The notes beneath the pieces were generated by a model. That model saw nothing but the letters and a program-made list of their open reading frames with translations, ran no database searches and had not been told where the DNA came from. Both the position numbers and the translations under genes were made by a program. Shown here piece after piece: positions 16,910-31,800 of a stretch of 64,000 bases of DNA (positions within the stretch are counted from its first letter, which is position 1; each line of letters starts with the position of its first letter). The DNA is from Eledone cirrhosa (lineage: Eukaryota): positions 38,998,001-39,062,000 of the forward strand of contig OZ024740.1 in assembly GCA_964016885.1 (NCBI GenBank), in the 5' to 3' direction.

Positions 16910-19900
16910 ACAGTAGTATTGTAACTATGTAAGAGTAGTATTGTAACTATATATAACAGTAGTATTGTAACTATATAACAGTAGTATTGTAACTATATAG
17001 TATAGTATTGTAACTATATAAGAGTAGTATTGTAACTATACAACAGTAGTATCGTAACTATATATAACAGTAGTATTGTAACTATATAAAACAGTAGTAT
17101 TGTAACTATATAACAGTAGTATTGTAACTATATAGTGTAGTATTGTAACTATATAACAGTAGTATTGTAATAATATAACAGTAGTATTGTAACTATATAG
17201 TGTAGTATTGTTACTATATAGTGTAGTATTGTAACTATATAACAGTAGTATTGTAACTATATAACAGTATTATTGTAACTATATAGTGTAGTATTGTAAC
17301 TATATAACAGTAGTATTGTAACTATATAATGTAGTATTGTAACTATATAACAGTAGTATTGTAACTATATAACAGTAGTAATGTAACTATATAGTGTAGT
17401 ATTGTAACTATATGCTGTAGTATTGTAACTATTTAACAGTAGTATTTTTAACTATATAAAAGTAGTATTGTAACTATATAGTATAGTATTGTAACTATAT
17501 AAGAGTAGTATTGTAACTATATAGTGTAGTATTGTAACTATATAAGAGTAGTATTGTAACTATATATAACAGTAGTATTGTAACTATATAACAGTAGTAT
17601 TGTAACTATATAGTATAGTATTGTAACTATATAAGAGTAGTATTGTAACTATACAACAGTAGTATCGTAACTATATATAACAGTAGTATTGTAACTATAT
17701 AAAACAGTAGTATTGTAACTATATAACAGTAGTATTGTAACTATATAGTGTAGTATTGTAACTATATAACAGTAGTATTGTAACTATATAGTGTAGTATT
17801 GTAACTATAGTGTGTAGTATTGTAACTATATAACAGTAGTATTGTAACTATATAGCAGTAGTATTGTAACTATATAGTGTAGTATTGTAACTATATAACA
17901 GTAGTATTGTAACTATATAATGTAGTATTGTAACTATATAACAGTAGTATTGTAACTATTTAACAGTAGTATTTTTAACTATATAAAAGTAGTATTGTAA
18001 CTATATAAGAGTAGTATTGTAACTATATAGTGTAGTATTGTAACTATTTAACAGTAGTATTGTAACTATATAACAGTAGTATTGTAACTATATAACAGTA
18101 GTATTGTAACTATATAGTATAGTATTGTAACTATATAACAGTAGTATTGTAACTATATAGCAGTAGTATTGTAACTATATTGCAGTAGTATTGTAACTAT
18201 ATAACAGTAGTATTGTAACTATATAGTATTGTAACTATATAACAGTAGTATTGTTACTATATAACAGTAGTATTGTAACTATATAGTGTAGTATTGTAAC
18301 TATATAACAGTAGTATTGTAACTATATAACAGTAGTATTGTAACTATATAACAGTAGTATTGTAACTATATAACAGTAGTATTGTAACAATATAACAGTA
18401 GTATTGTAACTATATAACAGTAGTATCATAACTATATAACAGTAGTATTGTAACTATATAGCAGTAGTATTGTAACTATACAACAGTAGTATTGTAACTA
18501 TATAACTGTAGTATTGTAACTATATAGAAGTAGTATTGTAACTATATAACAGTAGTATTGTAACTATATAACAGTAGTATTGTAACTATATAACAGTAGT
18601 ATTGTAACTATATAACAGTAGTATTGTAATTATATAACAGTAGTATTGTAACTGTATGACAGTAGTATTGTAACTATATAACAGTAGTATTGTAACTATA
18701 TAACAGTAGTATTGTAACTATATAACAGTAGTATTGTAACTATATAACAGTAGTATTGTAATTATATAACAGTAGTATTGTAATTATATAACAGTAGTAT
18801 TGTAACTATATAACAGTAGTATTGTAACTATATAACAGTAGTATTGTTACTATATAGCAGTAGTATTGTAACTATATTGCAGTAGCATTGTAACTATATA
18901 ACAGTAGTATTCTAACTATATAACAGTAGTATTGTAACTATATAGTGTAGTATTGTAACTATATAAAAGTAGTATTGTAACTATATAACAGTAGTATTGT
19001 AACTATATAACAGTAGTATTGTAACTATATATAACAGTAGTATTGTAACTATATAACAGTAGTATTGTAACTATATAGTATAGTATTGTAACTATATAAG
19101 AGTAGTATTGTAACTATACAACAGTAGTATCGTAACTATATATAACAGTAGTATTGTAACTATATAAAACAGTAGTATTGTAACTATATAACAGTAGTAT
19201 TGTAACTATATAGTGTAGTATTGTAACTATATAACAGTAGTATTGTAACTATATAACAGTAGTATTGTAACTATATAACAGTAGTATTGTAACTATATAG
19301 TGTAGTATTGTAACTATATAACAGTAGTATTGTAACTATATAACAGTATTATTGTAACTATATAGTGTAGTATTGTAACTATATAACAGTAGTATTGTAA
19401 CTATATAATGTAGTATTGTAACTATATAACAGTAGTATTGTAACTATATAACAGTAGTAATGTAACTATATAGTGTAGTATTGTAACTATATGCTGTAGT
19501 ATTGTAACTATTTAACAGTAGTATTTTTAACTATATAAAAGTAGTATTGTAACTATATAGTATAGTATTGTAACTAATTAAGAGTAGTATTGTAACTATA
19601 TAGTGTAGTATTGTAACTATATAAGAGTAGTATTGTAACTATATATAACAGTAGTATTGTAACTATATAAGAGTAGTATTGTAACTATATAGTATAGTAT
19701 TGTAACTATATAAGAGTAGTATTGTAACTATACAACAGTAGTATCGTAACTATATATAACAGTAGTATTGTAACTATATAAAACAGTAGTATTGTAACTA
19801 TATAACAGTAGTATTGTAACTATATAGTGTAGTATTGTAACTATATAACAGTAGTATTGTAACTATATAACAGTAGTATTGTAACTATATAGTGTAGTAT

Positions 19901-21779
19901 TGTAACTATAGTGTGTAGTATTGTAACTATAGTGTGTAGTATTGTAACTATATAACAGTAGTATTGTAACTATATAGCAGTAGTATTGTAACTATATAGT
20001 GTAGTATTGTAACTATATAACAGTAGTATTGTAACTATATAATGTAGTATTGTAACTATATAACAGTAGTATTGTAACTATTTAACAGTAGTATTTTTAA
20101 CTATATAAAAGTAGTATTGTAACTATATAAGAGTAGTATTGTAACTATATAGTGTAGTATTGTAACTATTTAACAGTAGTATTGTAACTATATAACAGTA
20201 GTATTGTAACTATATAACAGTAGTATTGTAACTATATAGTATAGTATTGTAACTATATAACAGTAGTATTGTAACTATATAGCTGTAGTATTGTAACTAT
20301 ATTGCAGTAGTATTGTAACTATATAACAGTAGTATTGTAACTATATAGTATTGTAACTATATAACAGTAGTATTGTTACTATATAACAGTAGTATTGTAA
20401 CTATATAGTGTAGTATTGTAACTATATAACAGTAGTATTGTAACTATATAACAGTAGTATTGTAACTATATAACAGTAGTATTGTAACTATATAACAGTA
20501 GTATTGTAACAATATAACAGTAGTATTGTAACTATATAACAGTAGTATCGTAACTATATAACAGTAGTATTGTAACTATATAGCAGTAGTATTGTAACTA
20601 TACAACAGTAGTATTGTAACTATATAACAGTAGTATTGTAACTATATAGAAGTAGTATTGTAACTATATAACAGTAGTATTGTAACTATATAACAGTAGT
20701 ATTGTAACTATATAACAGTAGTATTGTAACTATATAACAGTAGTATTGTAATTATATAACAGTAGTATTGTAATTATATAACAGTAGTATTGTAACTATA
20801 TAACAGTAGTATTGTAACTATATAGCAGTAGTATTGTAACTATATAGCAGTAGTATTTTACTATATAGTAGTATTGTAACTATATAGCAGTAGTATTGTA
20901 ACTATATTGCAGTAGTATTGTAAATATATAACAGTAGTATTGTAACTATATAGTATTGTAACTATATAACAGTAGTATTGTTACTATATAACAGTAGTAT
21001 TGTAACTATATAACAGTAGTATTGTAACTATATAACAGTAGTATTGTAACTATATAACAGTAGTATTGTAACTATATAACAGTAGTATTGTAACTATATA
21101 GCAGTAGTATTGTAACTATATTGCAGTAATATTGTAACTATATAGTGTAGCATTGTAACTATATAACAGTAGTATTGTAACTATATAACAGTAGTATTGT
21201 AATTATATAACAGTAGTATTGTAACTATATAGCAGTAGTATTGTAACTACATAACAGTAGCATTGTAACTATATAGTGTAGTATTGTAACTATATAACAG
21301 TAGTATTGTACCTACTTAACAGTGGTATTGTAACTATATAACAGTAGTATTGTAACTATATAGTGTAGTATTGTAACTATATAACAGTAGTATTGTAACT
21401 ATACAACAGTAGTATTGTAACTATATAACAGTAGTATTCTAACTATATAACAGTAGTATTGTAACTATATAGTGTAGTATTGTAACTATATAAAAGTAGT
21501 ATTGTAACTATATAACAGTAGTATTGTAACTATATAACAGTAGTATTGTAAATATGTAAGAGTAGTATTGTAACTATATATAACAGTAGTATTGTAACTA
21601 TATAACAGTAGTATTGTAACTATATAGTATAGTATTGTAACTATATAAGAGTAGTATTGTAACTATACAACAGTAGTATCGTAACTATATATAACAGTAG
21701 TTTTGTAACTATATAAAACAGTAGTATTGTAACTATATAACAGTAGTATTGTAACTATATAGTGTAGTATTGTAACTAT

Positions 21780-24700
21780 ATAACAGTAGTATTGTAACTA
21801 TATAACAGTAGTATTGTAACTATATAGTGTAGTATTGTAACTATATAGTGTAGTATTGTAACTATATAACAGTAGTATTGTAACTATATAACAGTATTAT
21901 TGTAACTAATTGTGTAGTATTGTAACTATATAACAGTAGTATTGTAACTATATAATGTAGTATTGTAACTATATAACAGTAGTATTGTAACTATATAACA
22001 GTAGTAATGTAACTATATAGTGTAGTATTGTAACTATATGCTGTAGTATTGTAACTATTTAACAGTAGTATTTTTAACTATATAAAAGTAGTATTGTAAC
22101 TATATAGTATAGTATTGTAACTATATAAGAGTAGTATTGTAACTATATAGTGTAGTATTGTAACTATATAAGAGTAGTATTGTAACTATATATAACAGTA
22201 GTATTGTAACTATATAACAGTAGTATTGCTACTATATAGTATAGTATTGTAACTATATAAGAGTAGTATTGTAACTATACAACAGTAGTATCGTAACTAT
22301 ATATAACAGTAGTATTGTAACTATATAAAACAGTAGTATTGTAACTATATAACAGTAGTATTGTAACTATATAGTGTAGTATTGTAACTATATAACAGTA
22401 GTATTGTAACTATATAACAGTAGTATTGTAACTATTTAGTGTAGTATTGTAACTATATAGTGTAGTATTGTAACTATATAACAGTAGTATTGTAACTATA
22501 TAGCAGTAGTATTGTAACTATATAGTGTAGTATTGTAACTATATAACAGTAGTATTGTAACTATATAATGTAGTATTGTAACTATATAACAGTAGTATTG
22601 TAACTATATAACAGTAGTAATGTAACTATATAGTGTAGTATTGTAACTATATGCTGTAGTATTGTAACTATTTAACAGTAGTATTTTTAACTATATAAAA
22701 GTAGTATTGTAACTATATAAGAGTAGTATTGTAACTATATAGTGTAGCATTGTAACTATTTAACAGTAGTATTGTAACTATATAACAGTAGTATTGTAAC
22801 TATATAACAGTAGTATTGTAACTATATAGTATAGTATTGTAACTATATAACAGTAGTATTGTAACTATATAGCAGTAGTATTGTAACTATATTGCAGTAG
22901 TATTGTAACTATATAACAGTAGTATTGTAACTATATAGTGTAGTATTGTAACTATATAACAGTAGTATTGTTACTATATAAAAGTAGTATTGTAACTATA
23001 TAGTGTAGTATTGTAACTATATAACAGTAGTATTGTAACTATATAACAGTAGTATTGTAACTATATAACAGTAGTATTGTAACTATATAACAGTAGTATT
23101 GTAACAATATAACAGTAGTATTGTAACTATATAACAGTAGTATCGTAACTATATAACAGTAGTATTGTAACTATATAGCAGTAGTATTGTAACTATACAA
23201 CAGTAGTATTGTAACTATATAACAGTAGTATTGTAACTATATAGAAGTAGTATTGTAACTATATAACAGTAGTATTGTAACTATATAACAGTAGTATTGT
23301 AACTATATAACAGTAGTATTGTAACTATATAACAGTAGTATTGTAATTATATAACAGTAGTATTGTAACTATATGACAGTAGCATTGTAACTATATAACA
23401 GTAGTATTGTAACTATATAACAGTAGTATTGTAACTATATAACAGTAGTATTGTAACTATATAGTGTAGCATTGTAACTATATAACAGTAGTATTGTAAC
23501 TATATAGTGTAGTATTGTAACTATATAACAGGAGTATTGTAACTATATAGTCTAGTATTGTAACTATATAACAGTAGTATTGTAACTATATATAACAGTA
23601 GCATTGAAACTATATAACAGTAGTATTGTAACTATATAACAGTAGTATTGTAACTATATAACAGTAGTATTGTAACTATATAACAGTAGTATTGTAATTA
23701 TATAGTGTAGTATTGTAACTATATATCAGTAGTATTGTAACTATATAAAAGTAGTATTGTAACTATATAACAGTAGTATTGTAACTATACAACAGTAGTA
23801 ATGTAACTATATAACAGTAGTATTGTAACTATATAGTGTAGTATTGTAACTATATATAACAGTAGTATTGTAACTATATAACAGTAGTATTGTAACTATA
23901 TAGTGTAGTATTGTAACTATATAGTGTAGTATTGTAACTATATAACAGTAGTATTGTAACTATATAACAGTATTATTGTAACTAATTGTGTAGTATTGTA
24001 ACTATATAACAGTAGTATTGTAACTATATAATGTAGTATTGTAACTATATAACAGTAGTATTGTAACTATATAACAGTAGTAATGTAACTATATAGTGTA
24101 GTATTGTAACTATATGCTGTAGTATTGTAACTATTTAACAGTAGTATTTTTAACTATATAAAAGTAGTATTGTAACTATATAGTATAGTATTGTAACTAT
24201 ATAAGAGTAGTATTGTAACTATATAGTGTAGTATTGTAACTATATAAGAGTAGTATTGTAACTATATATAACAGTAGTATTGTAACTATATAACAGTAGT
24301 ATTGCTACTATATAGTATAGTATTGTAACTATATAAGAGTAGTATTGTAACTATACAACAGTAGTATCGTAACTATATATAACAGTAGTATTGTAACTAT
24401 ATAAAACAGTAGTATTGTAACTATATAACAGTAGTATTGTAACTATATAGTGTAGTATTGTAACTATATAACAGTAGTATTGTAACTATATAACAGTAGT
24501 ATTGTAACTATATAGTGTAGTATTGTAACTATATAGTGTAGTATTGTAACTATATAACAGTAGTATTGTAACTATATAGCAGTAGTATTGTAACTATATA
24601 GTGTAGTATTGTAACTATATAACAGTAGTATTGTAACTATATAATGTAGTATTGTAACTATATAACAGTAGTATTGTAACTATATAACAGTAGTAATGTA

Positions 24701-25930
24701 ACTATATAGTGTAGTATTGTAACTATATGCTGTAGTATTGTAACTATTTAACAGTAGTATTTTTAACTATATAAAAGTAGTATTGTAACTATATAAGAGT
24801 AGTATTGTAACTATATAGTGTAGTATTGTAACTATTTAACAGTAGTATTGTAACTATATAACAGTAGTATTGTAACTATATAACAGTAGTATTGTAACTA
24901 TATAGTATAGTATTGTAACTATATAACAGTAGTATTGTAACTATATAGCAGTAGTATTGTAACTATATTGCAGTAGTATTGTAACTATATAACAGTAGTA
25001 TTGTAACTATATAGTATTGTAACTATATAACAGTAGTATTGTTACTATATAACAGTAGTATTGTAACTATATAGTGTAGTATTGTAACTATATAACAGTA
25101 GTATTGTAACTATATAACAGTAGTATTGTAACTATATAACAGTAGTATTGTAACTATATAACAGTAGTATTGTAACAATATAACAGTAGTATTGTAACTA
25201 TATAACAGTAGTATCGTAACTATATAACAGTAGTATTGTAACTATATAGCAGTAGTATTGTAACTATACAACAGTAGTATTGTAACTATATAACAGTAGT
25301 ATTGTAACTATATAGAAGTAGTATTGTAACTATATAACAGTAGTATTGTAACTATAAAACAGTAGTATTGTAACTATATAACAGTAGTATTGTAACTATA
25401 TAACAGTAGTATTGTAATTATATAACAGTAGTATTGTAACTATATGACAGTAGTATTGTAACTATATAACAGTAGTATTGTAACTATATAACAGTAGTAT
25501 TGTAACTATATAACAGTAGTATTGTAACTATATAGTGTAGCATTGTAACTATATAACAGTAGTATTGTAACTATATAGTGTAGTATTGTAACTATATAAC
25601 AGGAGTATTGTAACTATATAGTCTAGTATTGTAACTATATAACAGTAGTATTGTAACTATATATAACAGTAGCATTGAAACTATATAACAGTAGTATTGT
25701 AACTATATAACAGTAGTATTGTAACTATATAACAGTAGTATTGTAACTATATAACAGTAGTATTGTAATTATATAGTGTAGTATTGTAACTATATATCAG
25801 TAGTATTGTAACTATATAAAAGTAGTATTGTAACTATATAACAGTAGTATTGTAACTATATAACAGTAGTATTGTAACTATATAGTGTAGTATTGTAACT
25901 ATATATAACAGTAGTATTGTAACTATATAA
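21780..25930 (+). repeat. Tandem duplication with ~2.07-kb period (boundaries approximate)
   Basis: ACTAATTGTG 21905/23981 (+2076); GCTACTA 22228/24304 (+2076); GGAGT 23531/25602 (+2071); ATGCTG 22038/24114 and 22651/24727. Confidence 0.85.
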
Positions 25931-28899
25931 CAGTAGTATTGTAACTATATAAGAGTAATATTGTAACTAGATAGTGTAGTATTGTAACTATATAACAGTA
26001 GTATTGTAACTATATAACAGTAGTATTGTAACTATATAACAGTAGTATTGTAATTATATAACAGTAGTATTGTAATTATATAACAGTAGTATTGTAACTA
26101 TATAACAGTAGTAGTGTAACTATATAGCAGTAGTATTGTAACTATATAGCAGTAGTATTTTACTATATAGTAGTATTGTAACTATATAGCAGTAGTATTG
26201 TAACTATATTGCAGTAGTATTGTAACTATATAACAGTAGTATTGTAACTATATAGTATTGTAACTATATAAGAGTAGTATTGTTACTATATAACAGTAGT
26301 ATTGTAACTATATAGTGTAGTATTGTAACTATATAACAGTAGTATTGTAACTATATAACAGTAGTATTGAAACTATATAACACTAGTATTGTAACTATAT
26401 AACAGTAGTATTGTAACTATATAGCAGTAGTATTGTAACTATATTGCAGTAATATTGTAACTATATAACAGTAGTATTGTAACTATATAGTATAGCATTG
26501 TAACTATATAACAGTAGTATTGTAACTATATAACAGTAGTATTGTAACTATATAACAGTAGTATTGTAACTATATAGCAGTAGTATTGTAACTATATAGT
26601 GTAGTATTGTAACTATATAACAGTAGTATTGTACCTACTTAACAGTGGTATTGTAACTATATAACAGTAGTATTGTAACTATATAGTGTAGTATTGTAAC
26701 TATATAACAGTAGTATTGTAACTATACAACAGTAGTATTGTAACTATGTAACAGTAGTATTGTAACTATATAGTGTAGCATTGTAACTATATAACAGTAG
26801 TATGGTAACTATATAACAGTAGTATTGTAACTATATAGTGTAGCATTGTATCTATACAACAGTAGTATTGTAACTATATAACAGTAGTATTGTAACTATA
26901 TAACAGTAGTATTGTAACTATATAGTGTAGTATTGTAACTATATAACATTAGTATTGTAACTATATAACAGTAGTATTGTTACTATATAACAGTAGTATT
27001 GTAACTATATAGCAGTAGTATTGTAACTATATTGCAGTAGTATTGTAACTATATAACAGTAGTATTCTAACTATATAACAGTAGTATTGTAACTATATAG
27101 TGTAGTATTGTAACTATATAACAGTAGTATTGTAACTATACAACAGTAGTATTGTAACTATGTAACAGTAGTATTGTAACTATATAGTGTAGCATTGTAA
27201 CTATATAACAGTAGTATGGTAACTATATAACAGTAGTATTGTAACTATATAGTGTAGCATTGTATCTATACAACAGTAGTATTGTAACTATATAACAGTA
27301 GTATTGTAACTATATAACTGTAGTATTGTAACTATATAGTATAGTATTGTAACTATATAAGAGTAGTATTGTAACTATACAACAGTAGTATCGTAACTAT
27401 ATATAACAGTAGTATTGTAACTATATAAAACAGTAGTATTGTAACTATATAACAGTAGTATTGTAACTATATAGTGTAGTATTGTAACTATATAACAGTA
27501 GTATTGTAACTATATAACAGTAGTATTGTAACTATATAGTGTAGTATTGTAACTATATAGTGTATTATTGTAACTATATAACAGTAGTATTGTAACTATA
27601 TAACAGTAGTATTGTAACTATATAGTGTAGTGTTGTAACTATATAACAGTAGTATTGTAACTATATAATGTAGTATTGTAACTATATAACAGTAGTATTG
27701 TAACTATATAACAGTAGTAATGTAACTATATAGTGTAGTATTGTAACTATATGCTGTAGTATTGTAACTATTTAACAGTAGTATTGTAACTATATAGTGT
27801 AGCATTGTAACTATATAACAGTAGTATTGAAACTATATAACAGTAGTATTGTAACTATATAACAGTAGTATTGTAACTATATAAAAGTAGTATTGTAACT
27901 ATATAAGAGTAGTATTGTAACTATATAGTGTAGTATTGTAACTATTTAACAGTAGTATTGTAACTATATAACAGTAGTATTGTAACTATATAACAGTAGT
28001 ATTGTAACTATATAGTATAGTATTGTAACTATATAACAGTAGTATTGTAACTATATAACAGTAGTATTGTAACTATATATAACATTAGTATTGTAACTAT
28101 ATAACATTAGTATTGTAACTATATAACAGTAGTATTGTAACTATATAACAGTAGTATTGTAACTATATATAACATTAGTATTGTAACTATATAACAGTAG
28201 TATTGTAACTATATAACAGTAGTATTGTAACTATATAACAGTAGTATTGTAACTATATACCAGTAGTATTGTAACTATATAACAGTAGTATTGTAACTAT
28301 ATAACAGTAGTATTGTAACTATATAACAGTAGTATTGTAAGTATATAGTGTAGTATTGTAACTATATAACAGTAGTATTGTAACTATATAGTGTACTATT
28401 GTAACTATATAACAGTAGTATTGTAACTATATAGTCTAGTATTGTAACTATATAACAGTAGTATTGTAACTATATGAGAGGAAGTTTTGTAACTATATAG
28501 TGTAGTATTGTAACTATATAACAGTAGTATTGTAACTATATAGTGTAGTATTGTAACTATATAACAGTAGTATTGTAACTATATAAAGGTAGTAATGTAA
28601 CTATATAGTGTAGTATTGTAACTATATGACTAGTATTATAACTATATAACAGTAGTATTGTAACTATATAGTGTAGCATTGTAACTATATAACAGTAGTA
28701 TTGAAACTATATAACAGTAGTATTGTAACTATATAACAGTAGTATTGTAACTATATAAAAGTAGTATTGTAACTATATAACAGTAGTATTGTAACTATAT
28801 AACAGTAGCATTGTAACTATGTAACAGTAGTATTGTAACTATATAGTGTAGTATTGTAACTATATATAACAGTAGTATTGTAACTATATAACAGTAGTA

Positions 28900-31800
28900 T
28901 TGTTACTATATAAGAGTAATATTGTAACTAGATAGTGTAGTATTGTAACTATATAACAGTAGTATTGTAACTATATAACAGTAGTATTGTAACTATATAA
29001 CAGTAGTATTGTAAAAATATAACAGTAGTATTGTAACTATATAGTGTAGTATTGTAACTATATAACAGTAGTATTGTAACTATATAACAGTAGTATTGTA
29101 ACTATATAACAGTAGTATTGTAATTATATAATGTAGTATTGTAACTATATATCAGTAGTATTGTAACTATATAAAAGTAGTATTGTAACTATATAACAGT
29201 AGTATTGTAACTACATAACAGTAGTATTGTAACTATATAGTGTAGTATTGTAACTATATATAACAGTAGTATTGTAACTATATAACAGTAGTATTGTAAC
29301 TATATAGCAGTAGTATTGTAACTATATAGCAGTAGTATTTTACTATATAGTAGTATTGTAACTATATAGCAGTAGTATTGTAACTATATTGCAGTAGTAT
29401 TGTAACTATATAACAGTAGTATTGTAACTATATAGTATTGTAACTATATAACAGTAGTATTGTAACTATATAACAGTAGTATTGTAACTATATAGCAGTA
29501 GTATTGTAACTATATAACAGTAGCATTGTAACTATATAGTGTAGTATTGTAACTATATAACAGAAGTATTGTACCTCCTTAACAGTGGTATTGTAACTAT
29601 ATAACAGTAGTATTGTAACTATATAGTGTAGTATTGTAACTATATAACAGTAGTATTGTAACTATATAGTGTAGCATTGTAACTATACAACAGTAGTATG
29701 GTAACTATATAACAGTAGTATTGTAACTATATAGTGTAGCATTGTAATTATACAACAGTAGTATGGTAACTATATAACAGTAGTATTGTAACTATATAGT
29801 GTAGTATTGTAACTATATAACAGTAGCATCGTAACTATATAAAAGTAGTATTGTAACAATATAGTGTAGTATTGTAACTATATAACAGTAGTATTGTAAC
29901 TATATAACAGTAGTATTGTAACTATATAACAGTAGCAGTGTAACTATATAACAGTAGTATTGTAACTATATAACAGTAGTATTGTAACTATATAACAGTA
30001 GTATTGTAACTATATAACAGTAGTATTGTAACTAAATAACAGTAGTATTGTAACTATATAACAGTAGTATTGTAACTATATAGTGTAGTATTGTAACTAT
30101 ATAAAAGTAGTATTGTAACTAAATAACAGTAGTATTGTAACTATATAACAGTAGTATTGTAACTATATAAGAGTAGTATTGTAACTATATATAACAGTAG
30201 TATTGTAACTATATAACAGTAGTATTGTAACTATATAGTATAGTATTGTAACTATATAAGAGTAGTATTGTAACTATATAACAGTAGTATTGTAACTATA
30301 TAACAGTAGTATTGTAACTATATAACAGTAGTATTGTAACTATATAACAGTAGTATTGTAACTATATAACAGTAGTATCGTAACTATATAACAGTAGTAT
30401 TGTAACTATATAGCAGTAGTATTGTAACTATACTACAGTAGTATTGTAACTATATAACAGTAGTATTGTAACTATATAGCCGTAGTATTGTAACTATATA
30501 ACAGTAGTATTGTAACTATATAACAGTAGTATTGTAACTATATAACAGTAGTATTGTAACTATATAACAGTAGTATTGTAACTATATAACAGTAGTATTG
30601 TAACTATATAATGTAGTATTGTAACTATATAACAGTAGTATTGTAACTATATAACAGTAGTAGTGTAACTATATAGTGTAGTATTGTAACTATATGCTGT
30701 AGTATTGTAACTATTTAACAGTAGTATTTTTAACTATATAAAAGTAGTATTGTAACTATATAAGAGTAGTATTGTAACTATATAGTGTAGTATTGTAACT
30801 ATTTAACAGTAGTATTGTAACTATATAACAGTAGTATTGTAACTATATAACAGTAGTATTGTAACTATATAGTATAGTATTGTAAATATATAACAGTAGT
30901 ATTGTAAATATATAGTGTAGTATTGTAACTATATAACAGTAGTATTGTAACTATATAGTGTACTATTGTAACTATATAACAGTAGTATTGTAACTATATA
31001 GTCTAGTATTGTAACTATATAACAGTAGTATTGTAACTATATAAGAGTAGTATTGTAACTATATAGTGTAGTATTGTAACAATATAACAGTAGTATTGTA
31101 ACTATATAACAGTAGTAATGTAACTATATAGTGTAGTATTGTAACTATATGACAGTAGTATTATAACTATATAACAGTAGTATTGGAACTATATAGTGTA
31201 GCATTGTAACTATATAACAGTAGTATTGAAACTATATAACAGTAGTATTGTAACTATATAACAGTAGTATTGTAACAATATAAAAGTAGTATTGTAACTA
31301 TATAACAGTAGTATTGTAACTATATAACAGTAGTATTGTAATTATATAACAGTAGTATTGTAACTATATGACAGTAGTATTGTAACTATATAACAGTAGT
31401 ATTGTAACTATATAACAGTAGTATTGTAACTATATAACAGTAGTATTGTAACTATATAGTGTAGCATTGTAACTATATAACAGTAGTATTGTAACTATAT
31501 AATGTAGTATTGTAACTATATAACAGTAGTATCGTAACTATATAGTCTAGTATTGTAACTATATAACAGTAGTATTGTAACTATATATAACAGTAGCATT
31601 GAAACTATATAACAGTAGTATTGTAACTATATAAAAGTAGTATTGTAACTATATAACAGTAGTATTGTAACTATATAACAGTAGCATTGTAACTATATAA
31701 CAGTAGTATTGTAACTATATAGTGTAGTATCGTAACTATATATAACAGTAGTATTGTAACTATATAACAGTAGTATTGTTACTATATAAGAGTAATATTG

